Both the position numbers and the translations under genes were made by a program. Below, piece by piece: positions 17,467-26,422 of a DNA stretch of 64,000 nt. Location: NCBI GenBank assembly GCA_964432945.1, contig CAYSPO010000001.1, positions 21,506 to 85,505 of the forward strand. Direction: 5' to 3'. This DNA is from an uncultured Peptoniphilaceae bacterium. Lineage in GTDB: Bacteria > Bacillota > Clostridia > Tissierellales > Peptoniphilaceae. Below the pieces are notes generated by a model, which was not told the origin of the DNA, ran no database searches, and saw only the letters and a program-made list of their open reading frames with translations. Every line of letters begins with the position of its first letter. The stretch's first letter is position 1.

Positions 17467-17730
17467 ATGAGAGATAAGGTTTTAGTGGAATTTATCAACA
17501 CTTGACCTAGTTGTGATTCACTTGGCAGGTCGGTTCAAGAAGTAGCATCACAATTTGGAGATAAGGTCGAGGTAAAGCTTTATTTCGCAGGAAAAGATGT
17601 TGAATATATTGCCAAATATGGAATGATATATTCAGGGACGATGATAATTAATGAAACTAAAAAAGTACAAAGACTTAGCAGATCTAATATTGAAAAAGAA
17701 ATTAGGGCTGCAGTAGAAGAAATTCAGTAA
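17467..17730 (+). CDS. small thioredoxin-fold selenoprotein with UxxC motif (TGA 17503..17505); not in the ORF track
   Basis: ATG 17467 follows AGAGGAG. Translation is MRDKVLVEFINT-U-PSCDSLGRSVQEVASQFGDKVEVKLYF...GTMIINE...EEIQ, 87 aa, stop TAA 17728..17730. It aligns with the CxxC protein at 45731..46069 (ILGSGCAKCKQLE...). A long hairpin follows the TGA. Confidence 0.7.
17511..17553 (+). promoter_or_regulatory. candidate SECIS hairpin (3' of TGA 17503)
   Basis: Outer stem TTGTGAT/ATCACAA and inner stem CTTG/CAAG. The apical region is GCAGGUCGGUU, which contains GGUC. Confidence 0.5.
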
Positions 17731-17747
17731 AATATTGGAGGTATTTA

Positions 17748-18080
17748 ATGAGAGTTGCTTACGTAATGGGTTCAGAAAATGCTAGAAAGACAGTTAGAGA
17801 TATGATAGTTCCACAAATGGAAGCAAGGGAACATGTTGCAGAAGTTGTAGCAATGTTTTTTACATATGACACAACTTTTATGCTGTTAAAAGATACTGAT
17901 CTTGGAAATAGACTTCAAAAGTTAGCTGATGAAAAAGGCTTGATGATAGTTGCTTGTGACCAATGTGTTATTGAAAGGGAAATTGATGATAAGCTTATTC
18001 CTGCAGCAAGTTTAGGATGCTTTCCAATGGTTTATGGAGCATTAAATAGTGCAGATATAGACCAAGTTATATCCATCTAA
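17748..18080 (+). CDS. DsrE/DsrF-like sulfur(selenium)-relay family protein
   Basis: 110 aa with a DsrE-like pattern (MRVAYVM..., IVACDQCV active-site-like Cys). RBS GGAGG. Confidence 0.6.
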   Translation: MRVAYVMGSENARKTVRDMIVPQMEAREHVAEVVAMFFTYDTTFMLLKDTDLGNRLQKLADEKGLMIVACDQCVIEREIDDKLIPAASLGCFPMVYGALNSADIDQVISI

Positions 18081-18098
18081 TCGGATTAATGTACTTGA

Positions 18099-18140
18099 AA
18101 TAAGCATCAATCTTAAATTAGATTGATGCTTATTATTTTT
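18099..18140 (+). terminator. rho-independent terminator
   Basis: 15-bp stem AATAAGCATCAATCT / AGATTGATGCTTATT followed by ATTTTT. Confidence 0.7.
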
Positions 18141-18161
18141 GCGAAATATGAGAGGTGAGAA

Positions 18162-19256
18162 GTGAATTTTATTAGAGAAGTAATTTTAACAGCATTAGAA
18201 CTATTAAACGGAACATCAACATGGATAGTAGTAAGTTACATAATAGCTGGACTACTTCATGATGTTATATCACCAGTAAGGTTTCAAAAAGGCTTAGGTA
18301 ATACTAAATTTTCTTCTATTGTAAAGGCAACCTTATCTGCTATGATTATTCCTATATGTAGCTGTGGATCTGTTCCTTTAGGAATCAGCTTATATTATTC
18401 GGGAGCTTATCTAGGGCCAACCCTAGCATTCTTAGCATCGAGCCCATTTTTAAATCCAGCAGCAATTATTATGAGTCTAGGACTTTTAGGTTGGGAGATA
18501 ACTTTAATTAATATAATAGCAGGGCTTTTCCTTCCTCTTTTAATAGGGGTAATTGGAAATAAAATAGGTGGAGATGAATTAAGAAAGCCTATGCTAGAAG
18601 AAGAAATAGTTAATATTTCTTTAGAAGAATCAGACGATAGAAGTCTTGTTGAAAAATTTAAATCAGGATTAATTTGGGTTTCTAATGATCTTGCATTAAC
18701 TTTAAGTAAATATACAGTCTTGGGAATGCTTTTAGGAGGATTGATATTATCTATTTTTCCAGAAAGCTTTATTCAAGAATATTTAGGTAATCCTTCATTA
18801 TTATCCTTGATGAATGTAGCAGTAATGGGAACGATAATGTATGTTTGTGCAGTAGGACATATTCCATTTATTGCAGCTTTAATAGTAAGCGGAGCATCTC
18901 CAGGCTCAGCTATTACTTTTTTAATGGCAGGAGCAGCAACAAATGTTCCAGAATTATATAGTATATATAAAATGATAGGAAAGAAAACAGCAGCTATATA
19001 TGGATTTATTGTAACAATTTATGCTTTTATTATCGGATATATCACAAACTTAATTTTAATGCCAGGATTTAAGCCAGTAGCTGATTTTTCTCAAGCAAAT
19101 AAATCGATTGAAATTGCAAACAGATTTCAATTTACAATTCCAGATCCAATTAACTGGATTTGTACAGTAATATTATTAATATTTTTTATAAAAAGTATTC
19201 GTCCATTTTTAGAAGATTTTGCTTACAAAATAAAAGGATTTTTTATAGAAGATTAA
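18162..19256 (+). CDS. polytopic permease, DUF318/ArsP-like family, CxC motif (paralogue 2)
   Basis: GTG start after GAGAGGTGAG. Motif IPICSCGSVPLG. Collinear and highly similar to 14282..15352. Confidence 0.8.
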   Translation: MNFIREVILTALELLNGTSTWIVVSYIIAGLLHDVISPVRFQKGLGNTKFSSIVKATLSAMIIPICSCGSVPLGISLYYSGAYLGPTLAFLASSPFLNPAAIIMSLGLLGWEITLINIIAGLFLPLLIGVIGNKIGGDELRKPMLEEEIVNISLEESDDRSLVEKFKSGLIWVSNDLALTLSKYTVLGMLLGGLILSIFPESFIQEYLGNPSLLSLMNVAVMGTIMYVCAVGHIPFIAALIVSGASPGSAITFLMAGAATNVPELYSIYKMIGKKTAAIYGFIVTIYAFIIGYITNLILMPGFKPVADFSQANKSIEIANRFQFTIPDPINWICTVILLIFFIKSIRPFLEDFAYKIKGFFIED

Positions 19257-19821
19257 TAAAAAGTAAAACTCAGAAAAAATAGATAATATATTGTAAAAAT
19301 AACTATATTTAATTCTAATAAAAGATATGGTTATTTTTATTTGTTTTTATAAATACACTTATTGAAAATAATAATATCTCTCAAATTATTAAGTTAAATT
19401 AACAAAGAATTAACAAAATATAAAAATATTTTTGAAAAATATGATAAATTTTGTTTATGATATAGTCTTTAATTTATAAATCATATTAATTACATCTAAA
19501 ATAGGCTATTTATAATAAGCTATGCTTATCAAATGAGTTATGAATAAAATAACATAATCTAAAAAGTAGTTTATATATGTTAAATTTAAATCGACCGAGA
19601 TATTTATCTAAGGTAAATAAATTTTTAATCGTTATAATATTTTTCTAAAAATAAATTAATTTAGAAAATTTTTTATTGTGTAAAAGTAAAGTTTTTGTAT
19701 TTTTAAGAAAGATTTGAATAATTTATTTTCTTTATTATAAATAAGTATTTAGAAAAATATTTATATATAAATTAATTAAATATTAATCTATAAAAATAGG
19801 TTAAGGATAGTAGGTTATTGT

Positions 19822-20787
19822 ATGAAAAGTTATTTAAGAAAAAGAATATTAACAAGTATTTTTACAATTTCCTTTGCTTTTGTTCTTACATTTTTCTTAG
19901 TTAGACTAGCACCAGGAAATCCAGTTAGAATGCTTGCTGGGGTAGATTCACCTAACCCAAAGCAAATAGAAAAATTAAACGAAGTTTATGGCTTAGATCA
20001 GCCTGTAGGAGTACAGTTTGCTAACCATATAAAAGAAATATTCAAAGGGAATTTTGGATATTCTTATAAGAGCAATAGACCAGTTACTGAGATTATTTTA
20101 GAAAAGGTTGGACCTACTCTTATATTATCTTTAACAGCCAGTATTATTTCTGTAATTTTAGGAACTATATTAGGGCTTTATGCCGGACGAAACCAAGGAT
20201 CTGTATTTGATAGGGTACTTATAAGTATTTCTTATTTTACTGATGCCTTGCCTGTCTTTTGGTTAGCTTTGATGTTAATAGTTATATTTGCTACTAAACT
20301 TGGCTGGCTTCCTACAAGTGGAATGTATAGTGTAAGAAATAGTTATGAAGGTGTTGATAAGTTTTTAGATCTTCTGAAACATATGATTTTACCTATAGCA
20401 ACTATTGTAATTGTCAGAATACCTTACTTTTTTAGGATAACCAGATCTTCAGTAATTGGAGTTATGAATGACAATTTTATTAGAACATTACGTGCTACTG
20501 GTATGGACGAAGATTACATATTCAACAAATACGTCCTTAGAAATGCTTTAATACCTGTAATAACTGCTTTTAGTATGTCTTTAGCATCAGTTATAGCAGG
20601 AGTTACTTTAATTGAGATAGTTTTTGCATGGCCAGGAATGGGAAGAGTTTTAATGGATGCTATAACTGGGAGAGATTACTCTGTTATTTCAGGCTTATAT
20701 CTGATGATATCAATTTCTATCTCAGTTTTTATGCTTTTTACAGATATTATTTATGTACTGGTAGATCCAAGGATGAAATTAGAATGA
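19822..20787 (+). CDS. Opp/Dpp/Nik-type ABC permease (OppB-like)
   Basis: N-terminal MKSYLRKRILTSI...RLAPGNP pattern typical of OppB/DppB/NikB. Six TM segments. Confidence 0.85.
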   Translation: MKSYLRKRILTSIFTISFAFVLTFFLVRLAPGNPVRMLAGVDSPNPKQIEKLNEVYGLDQPVGVQFANHIKEIFKGNFGYSYKSNRPVTEIILEKVGPTLILSLTASIISVILGTILGLYAGRNQGSVFDRVLISISYFTDALPVFWLALMLIVIFATKLGWLPTSGMYSVRNSYEGVDKFLDLLKHMILPIATIVIVRIPYFFRITRSSVIGVMNDNFIRTLRATGMDEDYIFNKYVLRNALIPVITAFSMSLASVIAGVTLIEIVFAWPGMGRVLMDAITGRDYSVISGLYLMISISISVFMLFTDIIYVLVDPRMKLE

Positions 20788-21596
20788 TGAAAAAAATAAA
20801 AAAAGTGCCTATTGAATTTAAATTAGGCTTAATCTTAATTGGTTTATTGGTTTTGATAGCAATATTTTCTGACCAGATTGTTACTTATAGTCCAAAGAAA
20901 TTAAATGACGATATTCTTCATCCCCCTTCTTCAAGTTATTATTTTGGTACTGATGGGATTGGAAGAGATGTGTTCAGTATGATTATTACTGGAACAAAAA
21001 CCTCTCTTTATGTAGGTTTAACTGCAGCTTTAATCTCTATGCTTATAGGTACAGTGGTTGGTGCTATTGCTGGATATTTTGGAGGTTGGGCAGATAGAAT
21101 AATTTATGAAATATTGAATGTTTTTTCTATGGTTCCTACCTTATTTCTTATAATTATGGTTATTTCTGCTTTTGGAAGTAGCTTAAGAAATACAGTTATA
21201 GTAATTGGATTAACTAGCTGGACAGGAACAGCTAGATTAATGCGTGGGCAAACAAAGAGCTTAAAAGAGAGAACCTTTATAAAGGCTGCTAGAGTTAGTG
21301 GTGAAAGTGATGCTAAGATTTTATTTAGTCATATAATCCCCCATGGAATTTCACCAATTTTAGTTAATGCTGCCTTATCTGTTTCTAATGCAATTTTATA
21401 TGAGGCAAGTTTGGCCTTTATTGGCTTAGGGGATCCCAATGTTATTAGCTGGGGACAGCTTATAAATAACGGTAGAGCCTATATATTAAGCGGTTGGTGG
21501 GTTATTACTTTTCCTGGTTTAGCCATAGTTATTATAGTAATTGGTTTTCATTTGTTAGCTGAAGGTCTTAACAAAATGATTAACCCTAATAACTAA
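20784..21596 (+). CDS. Opp/Dpp/Nik-type ABC permease (OppC-like)
   Basis: ATG 20784 overlaps the upstream stop. The track's longer N-terminus (20628) is an out-of-frame overlap artefact. GTDGIGRDVFS motif. Confidence 0.85.
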   Translation: MMKKIKKVPIEFKLGLILIGLLVLIAIFSDQIVTYSPKKLNDDILHPPSSSYYFGTDGIGRDVFSMIITGTKTSLYVGLTAALISMLIGTVVGAIAGYFGGWADRIIYEILNVFSMVPTLFLIIMVISAFGSSLRNTVIVIGLTSWTGTARLMRGQTKSLKERTFIKAARVSGESDAKILFSHIIPHGISPILVNAALSVSNAILYEASLAFIGLGDPNVISWGQLINNGRAYILSGWWVITFPGLAIVIIVIGFHLLAEGLNKMINPNN

Positions 21597-21606
21597 AGGA
21601 GTATAA

Positions 21607-22566
21607 ATGATAGAGATAAAAAATTTAAATATAAAATATATTTCTGATGAAAATAAGGTCTGGGCTGTAAGAGATGTAGACTTACAACTAGAGCAAGGTA
21701 AATCCTACGGTATTGTAGGGGAGTCAGGATCAGGTAAGACAACATTGGCAATGGCAGTATTAAAGTTGTTGCCTAAGACCTGTGAAATTAATGGAGAAAT
21801 CTTTTATAAAGATATTGATTTATTAGATATAAGTGAAGATGAGTTTAAAAAATATAGATGGAAAGATTTTTCAGTAGTTTTTCAAGGCTCTATGGATAGT
21901 TTTAGTCCTGTTCATAGGCTAAGAACTCAGTTTAGAGATATTTACCATGTTCATTATCCGAAAAAATCAAACGATGAAATAGATAAGGAAGTTTTAGAAT
22001 TATTTAATAAGTTTTCTCTACCTCCAAATGCTTATAAGTCCTATCCTCATGAGCTTTCAGGAGGAATGATACAAAGGGTTGCCATTGTGTTAAGTTTGAT
22101 ACTTAGGCCAAATGTTTTGGTTTTAGATGAAGCTACAACAGCCCTTGATTTAATAAATGAAAGGCAAATTTTAGAGACGATTAATGATATAGAAGAAGAG
22201 GTTAGTTTAATTAGGATTAATATCACTCATGATATATCCGTTGTTTATTCCTCTTGTTCAGATGTGATAGTAATGTATGCTGGACATTTGCTTGAGAAAG
22301 GTCCAACTGATGAAGTTTTTAAATCTCCTAGACACCCTTATACAAAAGGATTACTTGATTCTTATCCAGATATTGCTAAAAGAGAAGGAGAAATAAAAGG
22401 CATTAAAGGAACTCTTCCTGATCTAACTAAAGAATATAATTCCTGCATATTTTATTCTAGGTGTCCTTATAGGCTAGATAAATGTAAAAATATTAAACCA
22501 GAACTAGAAACTGAAGGAAATAGAGTATTTAAGTGCCATAATCCTATAGGTGTGAATTATGAATAA
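21607..22566 (+). CDS. Opp/Dpp/Nik-type ABC ATPase (OppD-like)
   Basis: Walker A GESGSGKTT, signature LSGGMIQRV, and a C-terminal oligopeptide-transporter extension with HPYT. Confidence 0.85.
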   Translation: MIEIKNLNIKYISDENKVWAVRDVDLQLEQGKSYGIVGESGSGKTTLAMAVLKLLPKTCEINGEIFYKDIDLLDISEDEFKKYRWKDFSVVFQGSMDSFSPVHRLRTQFRDIYHVHYPKKSNDEIDKEVLELFNKFSLPPNAYKSYPHELSGGMIQRVAIVLSLILRPNVLVLDEATTALDLINERQILETINDIEEEVSLIRINITHDISVVYSSCSDVIVMYAGHLLEKGPTDEVFKSPRHPYTKGLLDSYPDIAKREGEIKGIKGTLPDLTKEYNSCIFYSRCPYRLDKCKNIKPELETEGNRVFKCHNPIGVNYE

Positions 22567-23515
22567 TTATATAAAAATAAAAGATGTAAAAAAATATTAT
22601 AAATCTTCATCTCATAAAGACTGGGTTAAGGCTTTAGATGGAATTGATTTAGAGATTAAAGAAGGAGAAATCTTAGGCTTAATTGGGGAATCTGGATGTG
22701 GAAAATCAACTTTAGGAAAGTTACTAGTTGGAATTGAAAAGCCCACTGATGGCGAAATATTATTTGATGATGAAAATCAGCTTGATATTTTGAAGAAAGA
22801 TAGAAAAATATTCTATAAAAATGTTCAAATGATTTTTCAAAATCCTTATGATGTTTTTGACAATAGGTTTACCATTGAAAGAATTTTTGAAAGAATTTTA
22901 AAAAATTATAAACTTGGCGAAAATGCAAATGAAAGAAATAAAATAATGGAAGAAGCCCTAGAGAATGCTTCTTTATATCCTGCTAAAGATTACTTAGGGA
23001 GACTTCCTAGGGAATTATCAGGAGGACAGCTCCAAAGAATAGCTATAATGAGATCTATGCTTCTTCAACCAAAGTTTTTAGTAGCAGATGAACCTATAAC
23101 TATGCTTGATGTTTCTGTAAGATCAGAAATTATAAAATTACTTTTGAAAATGACTAAGGAAAATAATACATCTATACTTTTCATAAGCCATGATATTGCT
23201 ACTACAAGTTATATATCTGATAGAATAGCAATTATGTATCTAGGTCAAATAGTAGAAGAAGCCAATACAGATGAAATTATCAATAATCCTTGTCACCCTT
23301 ATACAAAAGCTCTTTTATCAAATGTTGTTAGTTTAACTGAAGAAAATGATGAAAGAATTTCGTTAAAGGGAGATCCGCCTTCTCCTATAGGAATAAATAA
23401 TAAATGTTATTTTTCTGATAGGTGCTATATGGCTAAAGAACGTTGCTTTAAAGAATGTCCTGAACTAATAGATGAGGAAGGTAATCATAAGGTTAGATGT
23501 TTTTATTATAAATAG
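22559..23515 (+). CDS. Opp/Dpp/Nik-type ABC ATPase (OppF-like)
   Basis: Walker A GESGCGKST, signature LSGGQLQRI, C-terminal HPYTKAL. Confidence 0.85.
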   Translation: MNNYIKIKDVKKYYKSSSHKDWVKALDGIDLEIKEGEILGLIGESGCGKSTLGKLLVGIEKPTDGEILFDDENQLDILKKDRKIFYKNVQMIFQNPYDVFDNRFTIERIFERILKNYKLGENANERNKIMEEALENASLYPAKDYLGRLPRELSGGQLQRIAIMRSMLLQPKFLVADEPITMLDVSVRSEIIKLLLKMTKENNTSILFISHDIATTSYISDRIAIMYLGQIVEEANTDEIINNPCHPYTKALLSNVVSLTEENDERISLKGDPPSPIGINNKCYFSDRCYMAKERCFKECPELIDEEGNHKVRCFYYK

Positions 23516-23567
23516 AATATACCCCGATACAGGGATATATATAAATTATTACTTAATAGGAGGAAAA

Positions 23568-25229
23568 ATGTTTAAAAAATTATCAAAATTAAAAATGTTT
23601 GTATTATTAGTTCTTGCAACAGCTATGATTTTTACAGGTTGTTCAGATAATAATGCAAAAAAAGATGATGTAACTGAAGCTGAAAAAACAGAAGCTGTTA
23701 CTGAAGCTGAGAAAACAGAAGAAACAAAAGAAGAAACTGAAGAAGCTAAAGATGATGAAACAGCTGGAGAAGGTGGAGTATTTGTTAGAGCTTTAACTAA
23801 GGAACCTCAAGGTTACAACCCAAATGCTGCTCCAGATAATGCAGCTTACCAAATCCATCAAAATATTTCTAATAAATTATTAAAAATCAATGGAAATGAC
23901 CAAGTTGTTCCAGATATCGCAGAAAGCTGGGAATTTTCAGAAGATGGAAAAGTTTTAACATTCAAATTACATGAAGCTAAATGGCATGATGGGGAAGACT
24001 TTACTGCAGACGATGTTAAATGGACATTTGATACTATCTTAGCTGAAGAAGGTTTTGCATCAGCTTCTCTTGAAGATATTACTGAAGTTAATGTTATTGA
24101 TGATAGAACAGTTGAGTTTGTTTTAGATCAACCAAATGCAGGAATATTAGGAAGTATCGCATGGCAAGGAACTTACATTATGCCAGAACATATTTATGCA
24201 GGAACTGATTGGTTAACTAATGAAGCTAACCAAAATCCAATAGGAACAGGTCCTTTCAAATTTGTTGAACATAAACCAGGAGAAAGCATAACTTTAACTA
24301 GAAATGATGACTTCTTTGGTGATGTAGCAAAATTAGACGAAGTTAAATATGTAATTATGCCTGATGGTGCTACAGCATACCAAGCATGGTTAAATGGAGA
24401 AATCGATGATGGTGGCTCTATTCCAGAAGAAGAAAAAGATGGTTTAAGAGATAATCCTGATTATATTGAAATTGAAAAATCATGGCCAAATAAATCTTAC
24501 TTCTGCTTTAATGTTAAAGAAGGTAAATTTGCAGATCCATTAGTAAGAGAAGCTGTTTTATATGGTATTGACCTTGATGATATTTTCAATAGAGCATATA
24601 AAGGTGTAGGTAAAAATCAAGAATACTTTATTCCTTGGCAATATGACTGGGCTTTAAATGAAGATGTTAAGAGTCCAGAAAGAGATATTGAAAAAGCTAA
24701 GAGTCTTCTTGAACAAGCTGGATATGAAGCAGATGCAGATGGTTACTACTTTGAAACAACTCTAGATACTTTCCCAGGATGGGACGAAACATTCCCAATC
24801 TTCCAATCTCAATTTAAAGAATTTGGAATTAAATTAAACCATAATTCAATGGATGATGCAACTTATGATAAGAAAGTCCTTGAAGATCAAGATTTTGAAT
24901 TAACTTGTCTAGGCGGATATATTGGACCAGATATATCATCAATTTCAAATAGAATTGGAACAGATGGTTTTATGAACTACGGTTTATATAGTTCAGAAGA
25001 AATGGACGCTTTATTAGAAGAAGGTTTAAGAACAACTGATGAAGCTGAAAGAGCAGTTCCATACCAAAAAATTCAAGAATTATTAAGAAAAGATTTACCA
25101 GTTGTTTACTTTAGAGATATGTTTGCAACAGATTTCTTAAAATCATATGTTAAGGATCATCCTTCAACAGAAGGTGTTAGAGATAAATGTTCTGAATCAG
25201 AATATACTTACCTATGGTTAGATAAATAA
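23568..25229 (+). CDS. family-5 (peptide/nickel) substrate-binding lipoprotein
   Basis: ATG 23568 follows AGGAGG. Lipobox IFTGC, acidic linker, SBP_bac_5-like body. The binding protein is encoded last in the operon. Confidence 0.85.
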   Translation: MFKKLSKLKMFVLLVLATAMIFTGCSDNNAKKDDVTEAEKTEAVTEAEKTEETKEETEEAKDDETAGEGGVFVRALTKEPQGYNPNAAPDNAAYQIHQNISNKLLKINGNDQVVPDIAESWEFSEDGKVLTFKLHEAKWHDGEDFTADDVKWTFDTILAEEGFASASLEDITEVNVIDDRTVEFVLDQPNAGILGSIAWQGTYIMPEHIYAGTDWLTNEANQNPIGTGPFKFVEHKPGESITLTRNDDFFGDVAKLDEVKYVIMPDGATAYQAWLNGEIDDGGSIPEEEKDGLRDNPDYIEIEKSWPNKSYFCFNVKEGKFADPLVREAVLYGIDLDDIFNRAYKGVGKNQEYFIPWQYDWALNEDVKSPERDIEKAKSLLEQAGYEADADGYYFETTLDTFPGWDETFPIFQSQFKEFGIKLNHNSMDDATYDKKVLEDQDFELTCLGGYIGPDISSISNRIGTDGFMNYGLYSSEEMDALLEEGLRTTDEAERAVPYQKIQELLRKDLPVVYFRDMFATDFLKSYVKDHPSTEGVRDKCSESEYTYLWLDK

Positions 25230-25237
25230 ATAAAGTA

Positions 25238-25268
25238 GAAACCCTAGATATCTAGGGTTTCTTTTTTT
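25238..25268 (+). terminator. rho-independent terminator
   Basis: GAAACCCTAGA..TCTAGGGTTTC followed by TTTTTTT. Confidence 0.75.
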
Positions 25269-25436
25269 GTATTATAAAATCTTATTTTGCTGGTTATTCA
25301 TAATTAAAATTAATTAAAAATTTGGCTAAAATGTTATATATTTAATATACTTACATAGAGAGTCCTCAATATATTTTGATTTAATTAATGGAACAATATA
25401 CTATGTAATAGCAAATATTATTAGAAGGAGAATATA

Positions 25437-26093
25437 ATGGAAAATAAAGAAAGACTAGATGGACAAAAAGACCACTGGAATTCAATGCTTGGAAAAAACA
25501 AAGAAATGTTTGGAGAAGATCCAAGTTTTTCAGGAATAAAAGCTGCCGAAGTGTTTAAGGAAAATGGGGTTAAAACAATTTTAGAGCTTGGTGCTGGACA
25601 AGGAAGAGATACCTTTTATTTTATAAAAGAAGGCTTCAATGTTCATGTCCTTGATTACTCTCAAGAAGGACTAAACGATATAAAAGCTAAAGCTAAGGCG
25701 TTGGGCGTAGAAGATAAAATAAAGTGTGATCTTGTAGATTTAAGAAAAGAAATATCACTGGAAGATGAATCTTTTGATGCTTGTTACTCTCATATGCTAT
25801 ATTGCATGGCATTTACAAAAGCTGAATTAAAGCATCTTACAAATGAAGTTAAAAGAGTATTAAAAGTAGGAGGTATTCAGGCATATACTTCACGAAATAC
25901 TAGGGATTCTGACTTTGGAAAGGGAGATCATCTAGGAGATAATCTTTATGTAGATGGTGGATTTATCATTGAATTTATAGATGAAGAAATGATAAAAGAT
26001 TATTCAGAAGGTTTTGAAATTATAGAAAATACTGAATTTGAAGAAGGAGGATTACCAAGAGTTCTAACTTTAATTATTCAAAAAAAATTATAA
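25437..26093 (+). CDS. class I SAM-dependent methyltransferase
   Basis: Motif I ILELGAGQGRD plus an acidic post-I residue (VLDYS). About 218 aa. Confidence 0.75.
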   Translation: MENKERLDGQKDHWNSMLGKNKEMFGEDPSFSGIKAAEVFKENGVKTILELGAGQGRDTFYFIKEGFNVHVLDYSQEGLNDIKAKAKALGVEDKIKCDLVDLRKEISLEDESFDACYSHMLYCMAFTKAELKHLTNEVKRVLKVGGIQAYTSRNTRDSDFGKGDHLGDNLYVDGGFIIEFIDEEMIKDYSEGFEIIENTEFEEGGLPRVLTLIIQKKL

Positions 26094-26283
26094 ATACATA
26101 AACTGCCTTAAAGGAAGTTTTTATAACACAGTCCAAGAATATACATTCTTGGACTATGGAATAAGTATTTATTTTGTGGATAACTTTTGTATCTTTTTTA
26201 ATTTATAAATATAGAATTATCCCTAGGATACTCAGGATAATACCAAAAATAAGTTCTAATTTGCCAATCTTTTTAGCATAACT

Positions 26284-26418
26284 TTAATTTTTTATTTCTC
26301 TTTTTTTATTAAATTCATACATATTTATTAGATTATATTTTTCTTTGAAATAAATTAAATATCCAAAACTTATGAAAGTTAGTCCTATTAAAATAATCAA
26401 TACTTCTATAAAAATCAT
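26284..26418 (-). CDS. possible 44-aa single-TM peptide downstream of the reductase gene
   Basis: Translation is MIFIEVLIILIGLTFISFGYLIYFKEKYNLINMYEFNKKREIKN. It starts 5 nt after the upstream stop. No homology support is possible here. Confidence 0.25.
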   Translation of the reverse strand: MIFIEVLIILIGLTFISFGYLIYFKEKYNLINMYEFNKKREIKN

Positions 26419-26422
26419 ATAT

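Noticed and set aside
10571-17505. Alternative explanation for the six in-frame TGAs: a reassigned genetic code (TGA read as Trp or Gly), or pseudogenisation.
   Set aside because: TGA is used as a normal stop elsewhere in the window, for example in the ATGA and TTGA overlaps at 822..825 and 4423..4426 and at the end of oppB at 20785..20787. This excludes global reassignment. Six independent nonsense mutations are implausible as decay, given that each sits next to or replaces a functional Cys, keeps the downstream frame open to a sensible end, and is followed by a hairpin. Sec recoding is the economical reading, but it still needs the checks listed in the findings.
19257-19821. A 565-nt AT-rich gap upstream of the Opp/Nik-type operon, containing an AT-only hairpin (TTTTCTAAA...TTTAGAAAA, 19641..19668) with a T run. 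I considered it as a possible sRNA, riboswitch or terminator.
   Set aside because: It has no conserved riboswitch blocks, the stem is entirely A/T and therefore weak, and the composition is typical of promoter-rich spacer DNA. Nothing is supportable by eye.
20628-23567. The long N-terminal extensions of track ORFs 20628..21596 and 23472..25229, and similarly 8585, 38734, 42114 and 31432.
   Set aside because: The extensions overlap upstream genes or lack an RBS. Internal ATGs with good Shine-Dalgarno sequences give canonical N-termini with signal peptides or family motifs.
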